Positions 17,461 to 25,980 of a DNA stretch of 64,000 nucleotides are shown piece after piece. The notes under the pieces are model-generated. The model was not told the DNA's origin, ran no database searches, and saw nothing but the letters and a program-made list of their open reading frames with translations. How positions within the stretch are numbered: the stretch's first letter is position 1; every line of letters starts with the position of its first letter. The DNA lies in the IMG/VR virus record IMGVR_UViG_3300032893_000031, positions 1 to 64,000 of that record; one strand, 5' to 3'. A program made the translations under genes and the position numbers. The DNA comes from a virus.

Positions 17461-17759
17461 GGCTTGTGTGGGTGCAAAATGTATTCCGCCAGAGCAACTA
17501 ACACACCGCCGACACCGGCAGATAGCGTGCTGAGCAGCCATGCCCGCCAGCGAGCCATTTGGGCGACGGTGGCAACAAGCCCGCCAGAGTTCTCCTTGCC
17601 GAACAGCACGCGCTCAATGACAGCCACACGCTGGATCAGGCCGGGAACATCAGGACCACCACCGTTCAGCAATCGGATGATCTCGTTCAGCTTCTCCGAA
17701 TTATCACGCGATATTTCGACGGCGTTCTTGTTGTTCTGGTGTTCGTGTGGTTCGTTCAT
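17457..17759 (-). CDS. Membrane-anchored small protein, holin-like candidate
   Basis: Single C-terminal hydrophobic helix WLLSTLSAGVGGVLVALAEYIL after a polar N-terminus. The position suggests lysis timing, but there is no family match. Confidence 0.35.
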   Translation of the reverse strand: MNEPHEHQNNKNAVEISRDNSEKLNEIIRLLNGGGPDVPGLIQRVAVIERVLFGKENSGGLVATVAQMARWRAWLLSTLSAGVGGVLVALAEYILHPHKP

Positions 17760-17766
17760 AAAGTAT

Positions 17767-18045
17767 CTAAGCCATGCTCATGTATCGCCGCGACGGCTTG
17801 CCGTAGGACAGGTCAGACAGGTGTAGCAGCGTGTAGGTGCACGAACTATGCCTGATTCTCACAACCAGTCCGAGATTTTGAATCTTCTCGACAGCGTTCT
17901 CCATAATTAGCTGCGCCAAGGCCCGCCGCTTGCCGTCCTCCAAAATGGCTTCCGCTTCCTCTTTGGAGTGCTCAACTCTGAGACTCGACCCAGCCCATGC
18001 CAGTGACACGTCGCTGCGGTGGGGGGTGTGATCTATTGGATTCAT
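17767..18045 (-). CDS. Hypothetical protein
   Basis: Starts MNPIDHTP, with an ATGA overlap upstream. Confidence 0.4.
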   Translation of the reverse strand: MNPIDHTPHRSDVSLAWAGSSLRVEHSKEEAEAILEDGKRRALAQLIMENAVEKIQNLGLVVRIRHSSCTYTLLHLSDLSYGKPSRRYMSMA

Positions 18046-18635
18046 GGGCCGTTGTAGTCTATCCACCGCTTCGGCGGGTTCATCCCCCCGATGGCGCGGT
18101 AGAATTGACCGAGGCCCGCGAGCGGCGGGTTGCTGATGGTGACGGTGGAATTTGTGACGCCCCAGTGGAGTTTGTTGGCGAGCGCCGATATGAACTCGAT
18201 GTTTGTCCCCGTCTTGCTGCTGAATTGAAGAACGGGCGTGCCGGGATAGTGAATCGTATTCGACGGCAGGCTCTCGCGCTTGCTCACAGTGTCAACGGCG
18301 GTCACGGTCAGGCTCGTTCGGTTGGTGATGACGAGTGCGGCTTCGTTGGTGTGCGACGTAGCTGTGACGTTGGTCTTGCCGCCGCTCACCGCATAGATTC
18401 GATTGCTCGTGGCCAGCGGGTCCGTTGAGGGTGTCCACGCCAGCAAGACCGGAGGATTGGTCTTTGGCGGTGGCGGCACTAGCCCCATCGCCTGCATCGT
18501 CATGGCGTAGGCGTGCGGACCAGCCCGCTTTGCCGCGCCGATAGCCTGCACCTGACGCAAGCTTGTGATGTGGTTTGTCTGCGCCACGGCCGAGACGGTG
18601 AATAGGCAGAGCAAGATGGCGTGGAGCCGCGTCAT
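18042..18635 (-). CDS. Secreted protein with a Sec signal peptide (beta-rich, Ig/FN3-like)
   Basis: MTRLHAILLCLFTVSAVAQ signal, followed by T/S/N-rich beta-strand-like sequence. Confidence 0.5.
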   Translation of the reverse strand: MTRLHAILLCLFTVSAVAQTNHITSLRQVQAIGAAKRAGPHAYAMTMQAMGLVPPPPKTNPPVLLAWTPSTDPLATSNRIYAVSGGKTNVTATSHTNEAALVITNRTSLTVTAVDTVSKRESLPSNTIHYPGTPVLQFSSKTGTNIEFISALANKLHWGVTNSTVTISNPPLAGLGQFYRAIGGMNPPKRWIDYNGP

Positions 18636-20435
18636 TTAATGCCTCTCTTGAAGCGCAAGGAAGCGCCAAACCAAGTTGCCGTAAAATTGGTAGCCAGCCG
18701 CGCTGGCGTGTGGAGAGAAAGCGCCGCCCAATAACCCCCTGGAGGCAAACTGCGCGTTGTCTGGCATGGGCGTGTGCCCGTCAAAAAACACGAAGTTGGA
18801 ATTGGTATAGGCAACAGCTCGCATTATCCCGATGTCTGCGAGGTTGTTCACTTCATCGCAAATCAGGCCAGTGTCGTTGGGGGGTAATGGCATGGCGTAC
18901 GTCCCACACAGCACCACATCCGCGTTGGGTGTGTTCGTCCGGTAAAAGTCGCCCAGAATTTGTAGCCCGGGCACATAGTCCCCCACCGTCGTAATCTCAT
19001 TGAACAGTATCAGCGTCGGGTTCCAAGACGCGTAGATCGGCGCTTTCACCGCTGTCCCCGGCTGATTTAACGCCGTAATCCCCTGCCCTTGGGCAGACTG
19101 TAGCCCTACCACCACCCCGTTGGTTATCGTGTTGTTGATCCAGACCAGCCCCACCAGAAAAATCGTCCCACTTTGCTCGTTTGACACCATGATGCTCATG
19201 GGTGATGGCGTAGTGTTTGTCCACCTGAACAGCGCCCCCGCGTGGCTCGCGCCAAAGGCGTTGTTGGTAATCATCCACGACAACCCGGACCCGTTATTGG
19301 TTCCAATAGCGAACTTGCCGGAAGCCGCCGTCGTGAGGTAGTCCACCTCAAAGACGTTGGCCGCAAAGCCGTTGTTGAGAGAGAAGGTCGCGGTTGAACC
19401 CGAGTTCGTAAGTTTGACGTATTGGCCAAACCAGTTCGCATCAACCCCGCTAGGCGACGCCCCACCGTTGCCATAACTCCCAGTCCCGACATAGGAGATT
19501 GGACAAACCGATACGCTTGGATACGCCGCCGCAGCGGTTATATATCCGGCCACCGGCAGGAAGTTCGTTAAATTGAAATAGACCTGGTCGAGCAGTCCTT
19601 GGGAGCTATTCGGCGAAAGTAATCCTCCTCCATCCAGTAACATCGTCACCACTTTGTGATTCTTGAGGGCGTAAAACGTGTTCGATGTCCCAAACCGGTT
19701 TAGGCCCGCGTAAGCCGCAAAGTTCCCCGACTCATAGTTTAGCAACGTGTTATTGTCGAAATTCGTCTCCGTGATTCCAAACTTGACCAGCCGTGACACC
19801 GGCAGGCTGCCCACCAAAATGTTTGTCCCCGAAAAACTCGTGGTCGGCTCACCGTTGATCATCCCCGCCAGGTTGCCATTCAATTCCACTGGCACCGAGG
19901 CCCCGATATGCACCGTCGTTGCGTTTGAAACCGACACCAGGTTTACGCCCTTTGTAATCACTGCGGAGAGGGCCGTCGGGCTGTCGTCGGAATTGGCGTT
20001 CTGGACGACTCCTATAAACTGACCAAAAAAGGAGGTGTCGCCAGTGCTGTTGGCGGCCACATAGTCGCAGTTCCCTTGGTCATGGTAGGTCCCATTGGTC
20101 AGCAGCGCCACGCCGTAACAACTCACACTTGCCGGGACCCACCCCCAGCTACCGTTGGTGTAGGTGTGCTGCGTTTGGCTCCAATAATAGGTTCCATTTC
20201 CCGCCGTCGCGTCAAAGGGGGCCGCGCCCGATTCGCCGATTGCTGGAATCCAGGAAGCCGTTAGGCCCGATACGAACAAGAGGTTCGTGTCCGCCACTGA
20301 TGCCATCAGCGCCCCGGCATTGAGATTCGTCAGGCTCAATGCGTTGCCGGCGAAGGTGCCGGTGAAGGTGGGAAGGCCAGCGCCAAAGGCGCAGAGCGAA
20401 GCTGAGGCCAGAAGCGTGCAGAGTAGTTTTTTCAT
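18636..20435 (-). CDS. Large signal-peptide-bearing fibre-like protein; the C-terminus is weakly SGNH/GDSL-esterase-like
   Basis: MKKLLCTLLASASLCAFGAG signal. N/T/G/S-rich beta sequence. C-terminal LILFNEIT and FFDGHTP...SPHASAAGY resemble SGNH blocks III and V. No clear block I was found. Confidence 0.45.
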   Translation of the reverse strand: MKKLLCTLLASASLCAFGAGLPTFTGTFAGNALSLTNLNAGALMASVADTNLLFVSGLTASWIPAIGESGAAPFDATAGNGTYYWSQTQHTYTNGSWGWVPASVSCYGVALLTNGTYHDQGNCDYVAANSTGDTSFFGQFIGVVQNANSDDSPTALSAVITKGVNLVSVSNATTVHIGASVPVELNGNLAGMINGEPTTSFSGTNILVGSLPVSRLVKFGITETNFDNNTLLNYESGNFAAYAGLNRFGTSNTFYALKNHKVVTMLLDGGGLLSPNSSQGLLDQVYFNLTNFLPVAGYITAAAAYPSVSVCPISYVGTGSYGNGGASPSGVDANWFGQYVKLTNSGSTATFSLNNGFAANVFEVDYLTTAASGKFAIGTNNGSGLSWMITNNAFGASHAGALFRWTNTTPSPMSIMVSNEQSGTIFLVGLVWINNTITNGVVVGLQSAQGQGITALNQPGTAVKAPIYASWNPTLILFNEITTVGDYVPGLQILGDFYRTNTPNADVVLCGTYAMPLPPNDTGLICDEVNNLADIGIMRAVAYTNSNFVFFDGHTPMPDNAQFASRGLLGGAFSPHASAAGYQFYGNLVWRFLALQERH

Positions 20436-20686
20436 AGGCTGAGAGTCGTTCCAGAGAACACCCACTCGGAGTTGGTGTAGTACCAGACCTTGCCGGTGTC
20501 CAGGTCAACCGCGAAGGTCGCGCCGCCCGGAGTAGTGCCGGGCGCCGCCCCTCCATAGTTGCCCTGCATCCCGAACCCGCCCCCGGCGCTCGAAAGCTGG
20601 TTGAGCCGCATGAGGATCTTCGCCTCCAACACGCGCGGGGTGTCGTAAAGCGTCGGCGTCGTGCCTGAACCGAATTTAAATGCCAT
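20432..20686 (-). CDS. Small Gly-rich hypothetical (virion?) protein
   Basis: 84-aa ORF with an ATGA overlap downstream. Confidence 0.45.
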   Translation of the reverse strand: MAFKFGSGTTPTLYDTPRVLEAKILMRLNQLSSAGGGFGMQGNYGGAAPGTTPGGATFAVDLDTGKVWYYTNSEWVFSGTTLSL

Positions 20687-20698
20687 AATCGTCCTTTC

Positions 20699-21115
20699 TT
20701 AAATGTAAGCTCCGGTCGGGACCGGATTCGCACCGGATTGTTTTGTCCACGGGCCAACCGGGAAATTTGCGGGCGTGCAGGCGTAATACACGACTGCGAA
20801 GGCATCGTAGATTTCCCACAGGCCGTCTCCAGCGATGTAAATAATGGTGTAGCCAGTCCCCGTCCAAGTGTTGGCGTCCTGAAATGTGTAGTGCTGATTC
20901 ACACCGGTCGTCCCCGCGCCAGTCAGCGAGATGGTGGTGGAGTTGGAAAGCGCATTCAGCGCCGTCAAGAGCTTCACCATGATCCGCCGCGTGGTGTCGT
21001 TCTGCTTGGGGTTGTTGGCGGGGTTAGACCCCGGCCACGCCTGGACCTGCGTCAGCATCTTGAGCCAACGCATCCGGCGGGTGTCGCCCAAAGACGGCGC
21101 TACTTGGACTGGCAT
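20699..21115 (-). CDS. Hypothetical structural-module protein
   Basis: 138-aa ORF in the late block. Confidence 0.5.
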   Translation of the reverse strand: MPVQVAPSLGDTRRMRWLKMLTQVQAWPGSNPANNPKQNDTTRRIMVKLLTALNALSNSTTISLTGAGTTGVNQHYTFQDANTWTGTGYTIIYIAGDGLWEIYDAFAVVYYACTPANFPVGPWTKQSGANPVPTGAYI

Positions 21116-21190
21116 AAGTATTCAAAGCGGGCGGCCGGGAGTCAAACCCAACCCCGATCAAATACTCCCGGCCAACCCTGTAAAAACGGG

Positions 21191-21418
21191 TTATCGCGTG
21201 TTGGGCCGCGCCAGGGGCAGTGGAGTGCGCGTCACCGCAATCGTAATGTCCGAAACGGTGGTGCCGGTGATGGTGTTGCTGGCCAGGGCGCCCGCCGTGG
21301 TGGTCCGGCTGATCTTCATCACCGGAGCACCCGTCAGGTTGCTCGAAGGCCAATAGGATGCCCCGAAGGGCAACCGGCGGAACGTGCTGCGCGATCTTTT
21401 TGTGCGTCGGAATACCAT
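21191..21418 (-). CDS. Small T-rich hypothetical protein
   Basis: 75-aa ORF in the late block. Confidence 0.4.
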   Translation of the reverse strand: MVFRRTKRSRSTFRRLPFGASYWPSSNLTGAPVMKISRTTTAGALASNTITGTTVSDITIAVTRTPLPLARPNTR

Positions 21419-21423
21419 AGTGT

Positions 21424-21756
21424 TTATCCTTTCCCGCGGCTCGCCATGAGTTGGCCAATCAGCCCGTCATAGTTGCCGTGATCGTGTTCTTTCTTCTCGC
21501 TGGCCACTTCGCAATCATTCAGCGAAACAGCATCAAGGCTCACAGACGCCCCCTTTCTCTCGGGCGATTCATTCGCGCTGATGCCGACGAGCTTAAACTC
21601 AATATGGGCCGTAACGGTGTCCCCGATTTTGGCCCCGCACTCGTCGAGGAATTGCAAAGCCACATCGTCATAAAGGTTCAGGCTGGGATACATCGGGCCT
21701 TCCGGCATGGCCGGTTGCCCAACTGCCATGTCTTTCGATGGTTGTGCAAGATTCAT
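21424..21756 (-). CDS. Small acidic head-module protein, paralogue A
   Basis: 110 aa. The C-terminal YDGLIGQLMASR tail is shared with the adjacent gene. Confidence 0.55.
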   Translation of the reverse strand: MNLAQPSKDMAVGQPAMPEGPMYPSLNLYDDVALQFLDECGAKIGDTVTAHIEFKLVGISANESPERKGASVSLDAVSLNDCEVASEKKEHDHGNYDGLIGQLMASRGKG

Positions 21757-21758
21757 AA

Positions 21759-22127
21759 TCAGGCCCTCGCCCCCATCAGCCCGCCGATCATGCCGTCATA
21801 GGACGGCGGCGGGGACTTCTTGCCTTTGCCATCCTCGCCATCCTCGCCTTTCTCCTCGTAGCCCGGCATCTCGGCTTCCCCGAGCTTGGTCAGGCAAAGC
21901 TTGCCATCCTCGCCAATCCGAAACGAGCAAACCATGTCGAACTCGTCACCGGGCTTCTCCGCGCCTTCGGGGGGCTGAAACCCCTTGGGCGGAACGAAAT
22001 CTACTGGCTCTGGCCGCTTGGCTTCCTCATCGGCCTTCTGCGCTGCGGCAGCCTCGGCTTCATCGTGGCCGGGCGGCTGGACAGTCTCGGGATCGGGAGC
22101 GAGTTGGGTGTCGGTGTCGCCGTTCAT
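21759..22127 (-). CDS. Small acidic head-module protein, paralogue B
   Basis: 122 aa, E/D/P/K-rich. C-terminal YDGMIGGLMGAR tail. A TATAAT hexamer (22134-22139, minus strand) lies 6 nt upstream of the ATG. Confidence 0.55.
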   Translation of the reverse strand: MNGDTDTQLAPDPETVQPPGHDEAEAAAAQKADEEAKRPEPVDFVPPKGFQPPEGAEKPGDEFDMVCSFRIGEDGKLCLTKLGEAEMPGYEEKGEDGEDGKGKKSPPPSYDGMIGGLMGARA

Positions 22128-22227
22128 AATGGCATTATAGGTTGACTATTGTGATTCATCGCCGCCGGCACTCTGGAGCGGGGGTCGGACCCGAACCAGA
22201 GTATCAAATATAAGGCGGGCTAAACCG

Positions 22228-23691
22228 TCACGAGCAGGTTATCGTGTCCGCTGAACTACTGCATCTCACAAAAAGCCACATTCTGCCGAATTGCGGGAAA
22301 ATCGGACGGACCGCATGGCGGTAGAACGCGAAATGGCGGCCAAGCTTGTGCGTCGGATCAGCCACACCCGCGCAGGAGGCAAATCCCAAGAGGGCATCGT
22401 TGCCGGTGATGAAGTCCCACTCGCCGAAATAATTCTGCGGGTGCCACTTCATGCCGGGAGCGGCGTTGATGGGCTTGAGCACTTCCTCGGTGCAAACCCA
22501 CGGATGGAGCGAGATCGCGGCCTCGTAGGTGGCGATGGTCGGGTCAACCCAGGATGGATTGATGATGGCGGCCAGCCCCTTGGTCACGTCGTTGCTGTTG
22601 TTGCTATTGGCCCACACCGGGATGCGGACGTAGGTATTGCCGCCGTAGGCGACCTGGTAGGTGGTCCACGTCGCGCTGGAAACGTTGTTGGTCCAGGCGA
22701 GAGTGGCCAGAGCGCCGGCGATGGTGACGGCGACCGAGATCAGCACGTTGCCCGCGCTGTCCTTGGCAACGTTAACAGTATCGCCGTTCTTGGTCAGAGC
22801 CCAGCGGGGCGGGAAGGGCGTGATGATGTGCCGGAAGTTCTTGATCACCCGGCTAGCGCCCATGCGCTGAATGACGGGGTTGGTGTCGCCCCAGCCCTGG
22901 AAGGACTGGTTCAAGTCGCTGCGAAACTCGCTGTTATTGAGCAGGATGTCGCGGCTGGTTTCCAACCCGATGAGCAGCGGGAAGATCGGGCCGTCGGGTC
23001 CGAGAGTCAGCCACCCCTGGGTGTTTGGGTCGTAAGCGCCTTCCTGAATCAATGCCGAGGCGCCGGAATCGAGCATTTCCTGGGTGAGTTGCGAGGTTGG
23101 AGTGTTGGCCGCGCCCAAGGCCGACAGGTCGGGGCCGGTCGGGTTGGTGCTGTTCGGGCCATAGACGTTCAGGTTGGGCTGACCCCAGTTCATGGCAGAA
23201 TTGCAGGCCATCTTGGGGACGAAGCGCATGTACCAGTTAGCCACGCGATTGGAGACCGAGCGGATGGAGCGCATCTCCATCGCCTTGAAATACTTCATCC
23301 AGAAGTCCTTCGAGTGCCAGTACATCACGAGGTCGTCCTGGCCGACGAGGGGGCCGACGAGCGGGAACCGCTCCGGCTTGTAGGTGTTTTCCTTGTGGCC
23401 GACGTTGACGGATTGGAAGTCCGTCGAGGCGTCCAGGGCGCCGTTGGGGTTGCCGCCGGAGATCGGCGCGATGTAGTTCCAGGGCTCCTCGTCCACATCA
23501 GCCTCGGAACGTTCGATGGTGAACACCGACCGGCCGTAGCCGGCGCCCTCGGGATAGGTCTCCTTCGGGACGATGTTCAGCCACGGGTCCATCCAGGAGC
23601 CGATGGTGTAAAGGGTTTCGCCAAGGTCTTCCACCTTGGCCCGCAAATCGTCAAAAGGTGTGCTGCAAGCTTGCTTGACAATGAAGGACAT
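22228..23691 (-). CDS. Major capsid protein candidate
   Basis: About 487 aa, the largest ORF directly downstream of the scaffold-like gene. Well-mixed globular composition. The start is uncertain (ATG 23691 or 23727). Confidence 0.55.
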   Translation of the reverse strand: MSFIVKQACSTPFDDLRAKVEDLGETLYTIGSWMDPWLNIVPKETYPEGAGYGRSVFTIERSEADVDEEPWNYIAPISGGNPNGALDASTDFQSVNVGHKENTYKPERFPLVGPLVGQDDLVMYWHSKDFWMKYFKAMEMRSIRSVSNRVANWYMRFVPKMACNSAMNWGQPNLNVYGPNSTNPTGPDLSALGAANTPTSQLTQEMLDSGASALIQEGAYDPNTQGWLTLGPDGPIFPLLIGLETSRDILLNNSEFRSDLNQSFQGWGDTNPVIQRMGASRVIKNFRHIITPFPPRWALTKNGDTVNVAKDSAGNVLISVAVTIAGALATLAWTNNVSSATWTTYQVAYGGNTYVRIPVWANSNNSNDVTKGLAAIINPSWVDPTIATYEAAISLHPWVCTEEVLKPINAAPGMKWHPQNYFGEWDFITGNDALLGFASCAGVADPTHKLGRHFAFYRHAVRPIFPQFGRMWLFVRCSSSADTITCS

Positions 23692-23956
23692 TCCAAGCGC
23701 AGCTAGGAGAAGTATCAAAATGTGCATAACTAAATCAGCGTGCTGTGTTGTTGTTCGGATTCGCCTTGGCCCACATAGGCGCAAGGGCATACCGAGTGCG
23801 TTATTGGAACTCCCTGTTTGAAGTCGGCCGGGCTGCCGCTGCCGTGCGTCCGAACTATCGGCGTTTATTGACGCTTAGACCATTGATGTCTGTTCTGGTC
23901 CCGAACAGTGAAAAACCTAAAACCCGAGCAAGAGGCAAGTCAACAGAAAACTTAAT

Positions 23957-24376
23957 CTATTTTTTGCGGGGAGTAAGTGGCACCCAGAACAAGCCGAACG
24001 CCGCAACCGAAGCGCAGAGGAAAACCGCTGTTTCTGGTGTGGCGTTGATGTGTAGCGGCACCCAAATGACAGCGGAAAACACGATGGTCGCCACCACCAT
24101 TGAGGCTTTTGCGAGCGGCCTTCTGAGGGATATGGCGATGATGAGGTTGCCGATGCCAAACAGGCACTTGATGGGGGCGAACCCCACAGCCAAGTCCCAA
24201 GTGGAGGCCATAATCACCACCGCCACAGCGTTAATTGCGAGCATCCCGGGCCAGCCCCACATTTTCATCAGGCGGTTGGATTCCAAGCGCAAGTCTGGCG
24301 AAGCAACGAGGGTGCCCCAGAGGTCCACCAAAGAGGCAGCAACGACTAAGGCGATCTGAGTGAAAAGGTGATTCAC
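23957..24376 (-). CDS. Small multi-pass membrane protein (DUF5658-like) between the scaffold and capsid genes
   Basis: GTG 24376. IALVVAASLVDLWGTLVASPDLRLESNRLM, followed by 3 more hydrophobic helices. Confidence 0.5.
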   Translation of the reverse strand: MNHLFTQIALVVAASLVDLWGTLVASPDLRLESNRLMKMWGWPGMLAINAVAVVIMASTWDLAVGFAPIKCLFGIGNLIIAISLRRPLAKASMVVATIVFSAVIWVPLHINATPETAVFLCASVAAFGLFWVPLTPRKK

Positions 24377-24417
24377 AAACGAAAACGCCCGCTGGGGAAC
24401 CGAAACCCCAGCGGGCG
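24377..24417 (-). terminator. Rho-independent terminator after the scaffold gene
   Basis: CGCCCGCTGGGG (24386-24397) pairs perfectly with CCCCAGCGGGCG (24406-24417). On the minus strand it is followed by TTTTCGTTT. Confidence 0.75.
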
Positions 24418-24431
24418 CTGCGGGCAGGCGG

Positions 24432-25706
24432 TCAGGAGGCCGGAGAGGTAAGCCGGTGGATAAAGCCATCCCGAACCTGGCTGGGGGGTGTCCCGGGTTT
24501 GACGGGTGGTGGTTTGCCAGACCCGCCACCTTCCCGGCCGCCACCGGCGGGCAATCCCGGGTTGGCGGCGGTCAGGCGGGCCACCTGTTCCTTGAGCGTC
24601 TGATTCTCTTTGAGCAGTCGCAACCCCTGTTCGAGCGCCACCGGGTAGGCAGCCGCCTGGAAACAGGCGGACATCAAGTCTTGCGGCTTCATCCCCTCGC
24701 CGGTGAAATACCGCTTGGCCAGCGCGATCCGCTCCGGCACAGCCTTGTTCCACTCAGCGGCGCCTTCCTCGGTGTCGGGGCGAAGCTGGAACATCGGATC
24801 GCCCTTTTCGGCCGCCTGACGGGCCTTGATGGCGTCGGCAAAGGCGGTTTCGGCCTGCTGGCGGGCCTGCTCGCGTTTGCCCTCCGCGGTGGTTGTCTCA
24901 GCGGCTTGGCGTTCCTTGGCAGCCGCAACCTCTTTTTCGAGGGTTTCAGAGCGTTCCTGCGAGATGGCCTCCAGCGAATTCAGGACGGAGCCGAACCGGC
25001 TGGATTGGAGCGGGCTCAGGTCGGCAATCAGTTCCTCGATCTGCTGCGATTTGTAGGGCGAATCCGGCAGGGCCAGCACTTTGGCCGCCTGTTCAGCCTT
25101 GTCGGCGCCGACGATGTTCTTGGCTAGCGTCACCTGGGCATTGACCTTGTTGTCGAAGTACGCCTTGAACCTCGGGTGCTCGGCGACATTCAGCCGGCGG
25201 ATGGTCTCCGTCAGTTGCTCGATCTCCTGGTTGGCGGCTTCAAGCGCAGCTTTCTCGGCCTTGCTGGTGCCCTCGGCGGCAGTCTCGGCGGCTTTGCGGG
25301 CTTCGGCAAGCTGGGTTTCGAGGGTTTTGACCCTGCCATCATATTCGGCGAGCTTCGGCTCGTATTCGGCCTTGATGCCAGCCTTGGCTTCCGCCCACTC
25401 CTTGGCGCTGCGCGGTGGCTGTTTATCGAAGTCCCGGGCGGCAGGTGTGGGGGGTGTGGCTGGCTTCGGGGGTGTGACGGGTGCCGCGGTGGGCGGTGTC
25501 GCGGGCGGCTCTGCCGGCGGGGCTGGTGGAGGCGGCTCGGCGGGGGGCGTCTTTGGCTGTGCGGGTGGCGTGGTGGGTGCCGCTGGGGTGATATTACGGT
25601 CCATCCAACTGCTGATGATGTCGCGCGTGCTACCGGCGCCAGCGGGCGGGGCGGCGGCAGGAGCTTCGGCGGGGGCCAATACTTTGGTCAGGTGATTGTG
25701 TAACAT
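24432..25706 (-). CDS. Scaffolding-protein candidate (Pro-rich N-terminus, long coiled coil)
   Basis: PAxP-rich first 90 aa, then A/E/K/Q-rich helical sequence. Lies directly upstream of the capsid candidate. Confidence 0.5.
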   Translation of the reverse strand: MLHNHLTKVLAPAEAPAAAPPAGAGSTRDIISSWMDRNITPAAPTTPPAQPKTPPAEPPPPAPPAEPPATPPTAAPVTPPKPATPPTPAARDFDKQPPRSAKEWAEAKAGIKAEYEPKLAEYDGRVKTLETQLAEARKAAETAAEGTSKAEKAALEAANQEIEQLTETIRRLNVAEHPRFKAYFDNKVNAQVTLAKNIVGADKAEQAAKVLALPDSPYKSQQIEELIADLSPLQSSRFGSVLNSLEAISQERSETLEKEVAAAKERQAAETTTAEGKREQARQQAETAFADAIKARQAAEKGDPMFQLRPDTEEGAAEWNKAVPERIALAKRYFTGEGMKPQDLMSACFQAAAYPVALEQGLRLLKENQTLKEQVARLTAANPGLPAGGGREGGGSGKPPPVKPGTPPSQVRDGFIHRLTSPAS

Positions 25707-25710
25707 AAGA

Positions 25711-25977
25711 TTACTCAGCGGGTTCGTAGGTTGCGGCGAAAATGTCGGGCTTGCAGGGGTAGAATTCGCCCTTCACCCCCCTAATGATCCAATCGTTTGG
25801 AATGGCCAGCATTTCGCCCTCCATTGTTCTGATGGCGAGCGCACCGCCGGGGGCTTCTGTGACAATCGAGTTTCCCTCTGGCGGCATGTTTTGATGCGCC
25901 CAAGCGATAATGTCGATCTGGTTTCCGTTCAACTGAACGGCCTCAATAACGACTGGTTTCTTTCGGAATTTTGGCAT
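25711..25977 (-). CDS. Small conserved phage protein (PGDYG-like C-terminus)
   Basis: IPNDWIIRGVKGEFYPCKPDIFAATYE resembles the PGDYG-domain pattern. Confidence 0.45.
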   Translation of the reverse strand: MPKFRKKPVVIEAVQLNGNQIDIIAWAHQNMPPEGNSIVTEAPGGALAIRTMEGEMLAIPNDWIIRGVKGEFYPCKPDIFAATYEPAE

Positions 25978-25980
25978 AAC

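Noticed and set aside
22128-22227. Leaderless promoter for gene 21759-22127 based on a perfect TATAAT 6 nt upstream of its ATG
   Set aside because: No acceptable -35 or extended -10 element lies at the right spacing. An isolated hexamer in a 100-bp gap is weak evidence, so it is mentioned only in the gene evidence.
22291-23706. 471-aa + strand ORF antisense to the capsid candidate. Similar antisense ORFs occur at 56252-57754 (500 aa, opposite terL), 44549-46240 (563 aa, opposite the giant gene) and 5659-6495.
   Set aside because: Their products are rich in G/R/A/V/L and are typical of open antisense frames in GC-rich coding DNA. The opposite strands carry clear motifs (Walker A/B in TerL) or fit the operon structure.
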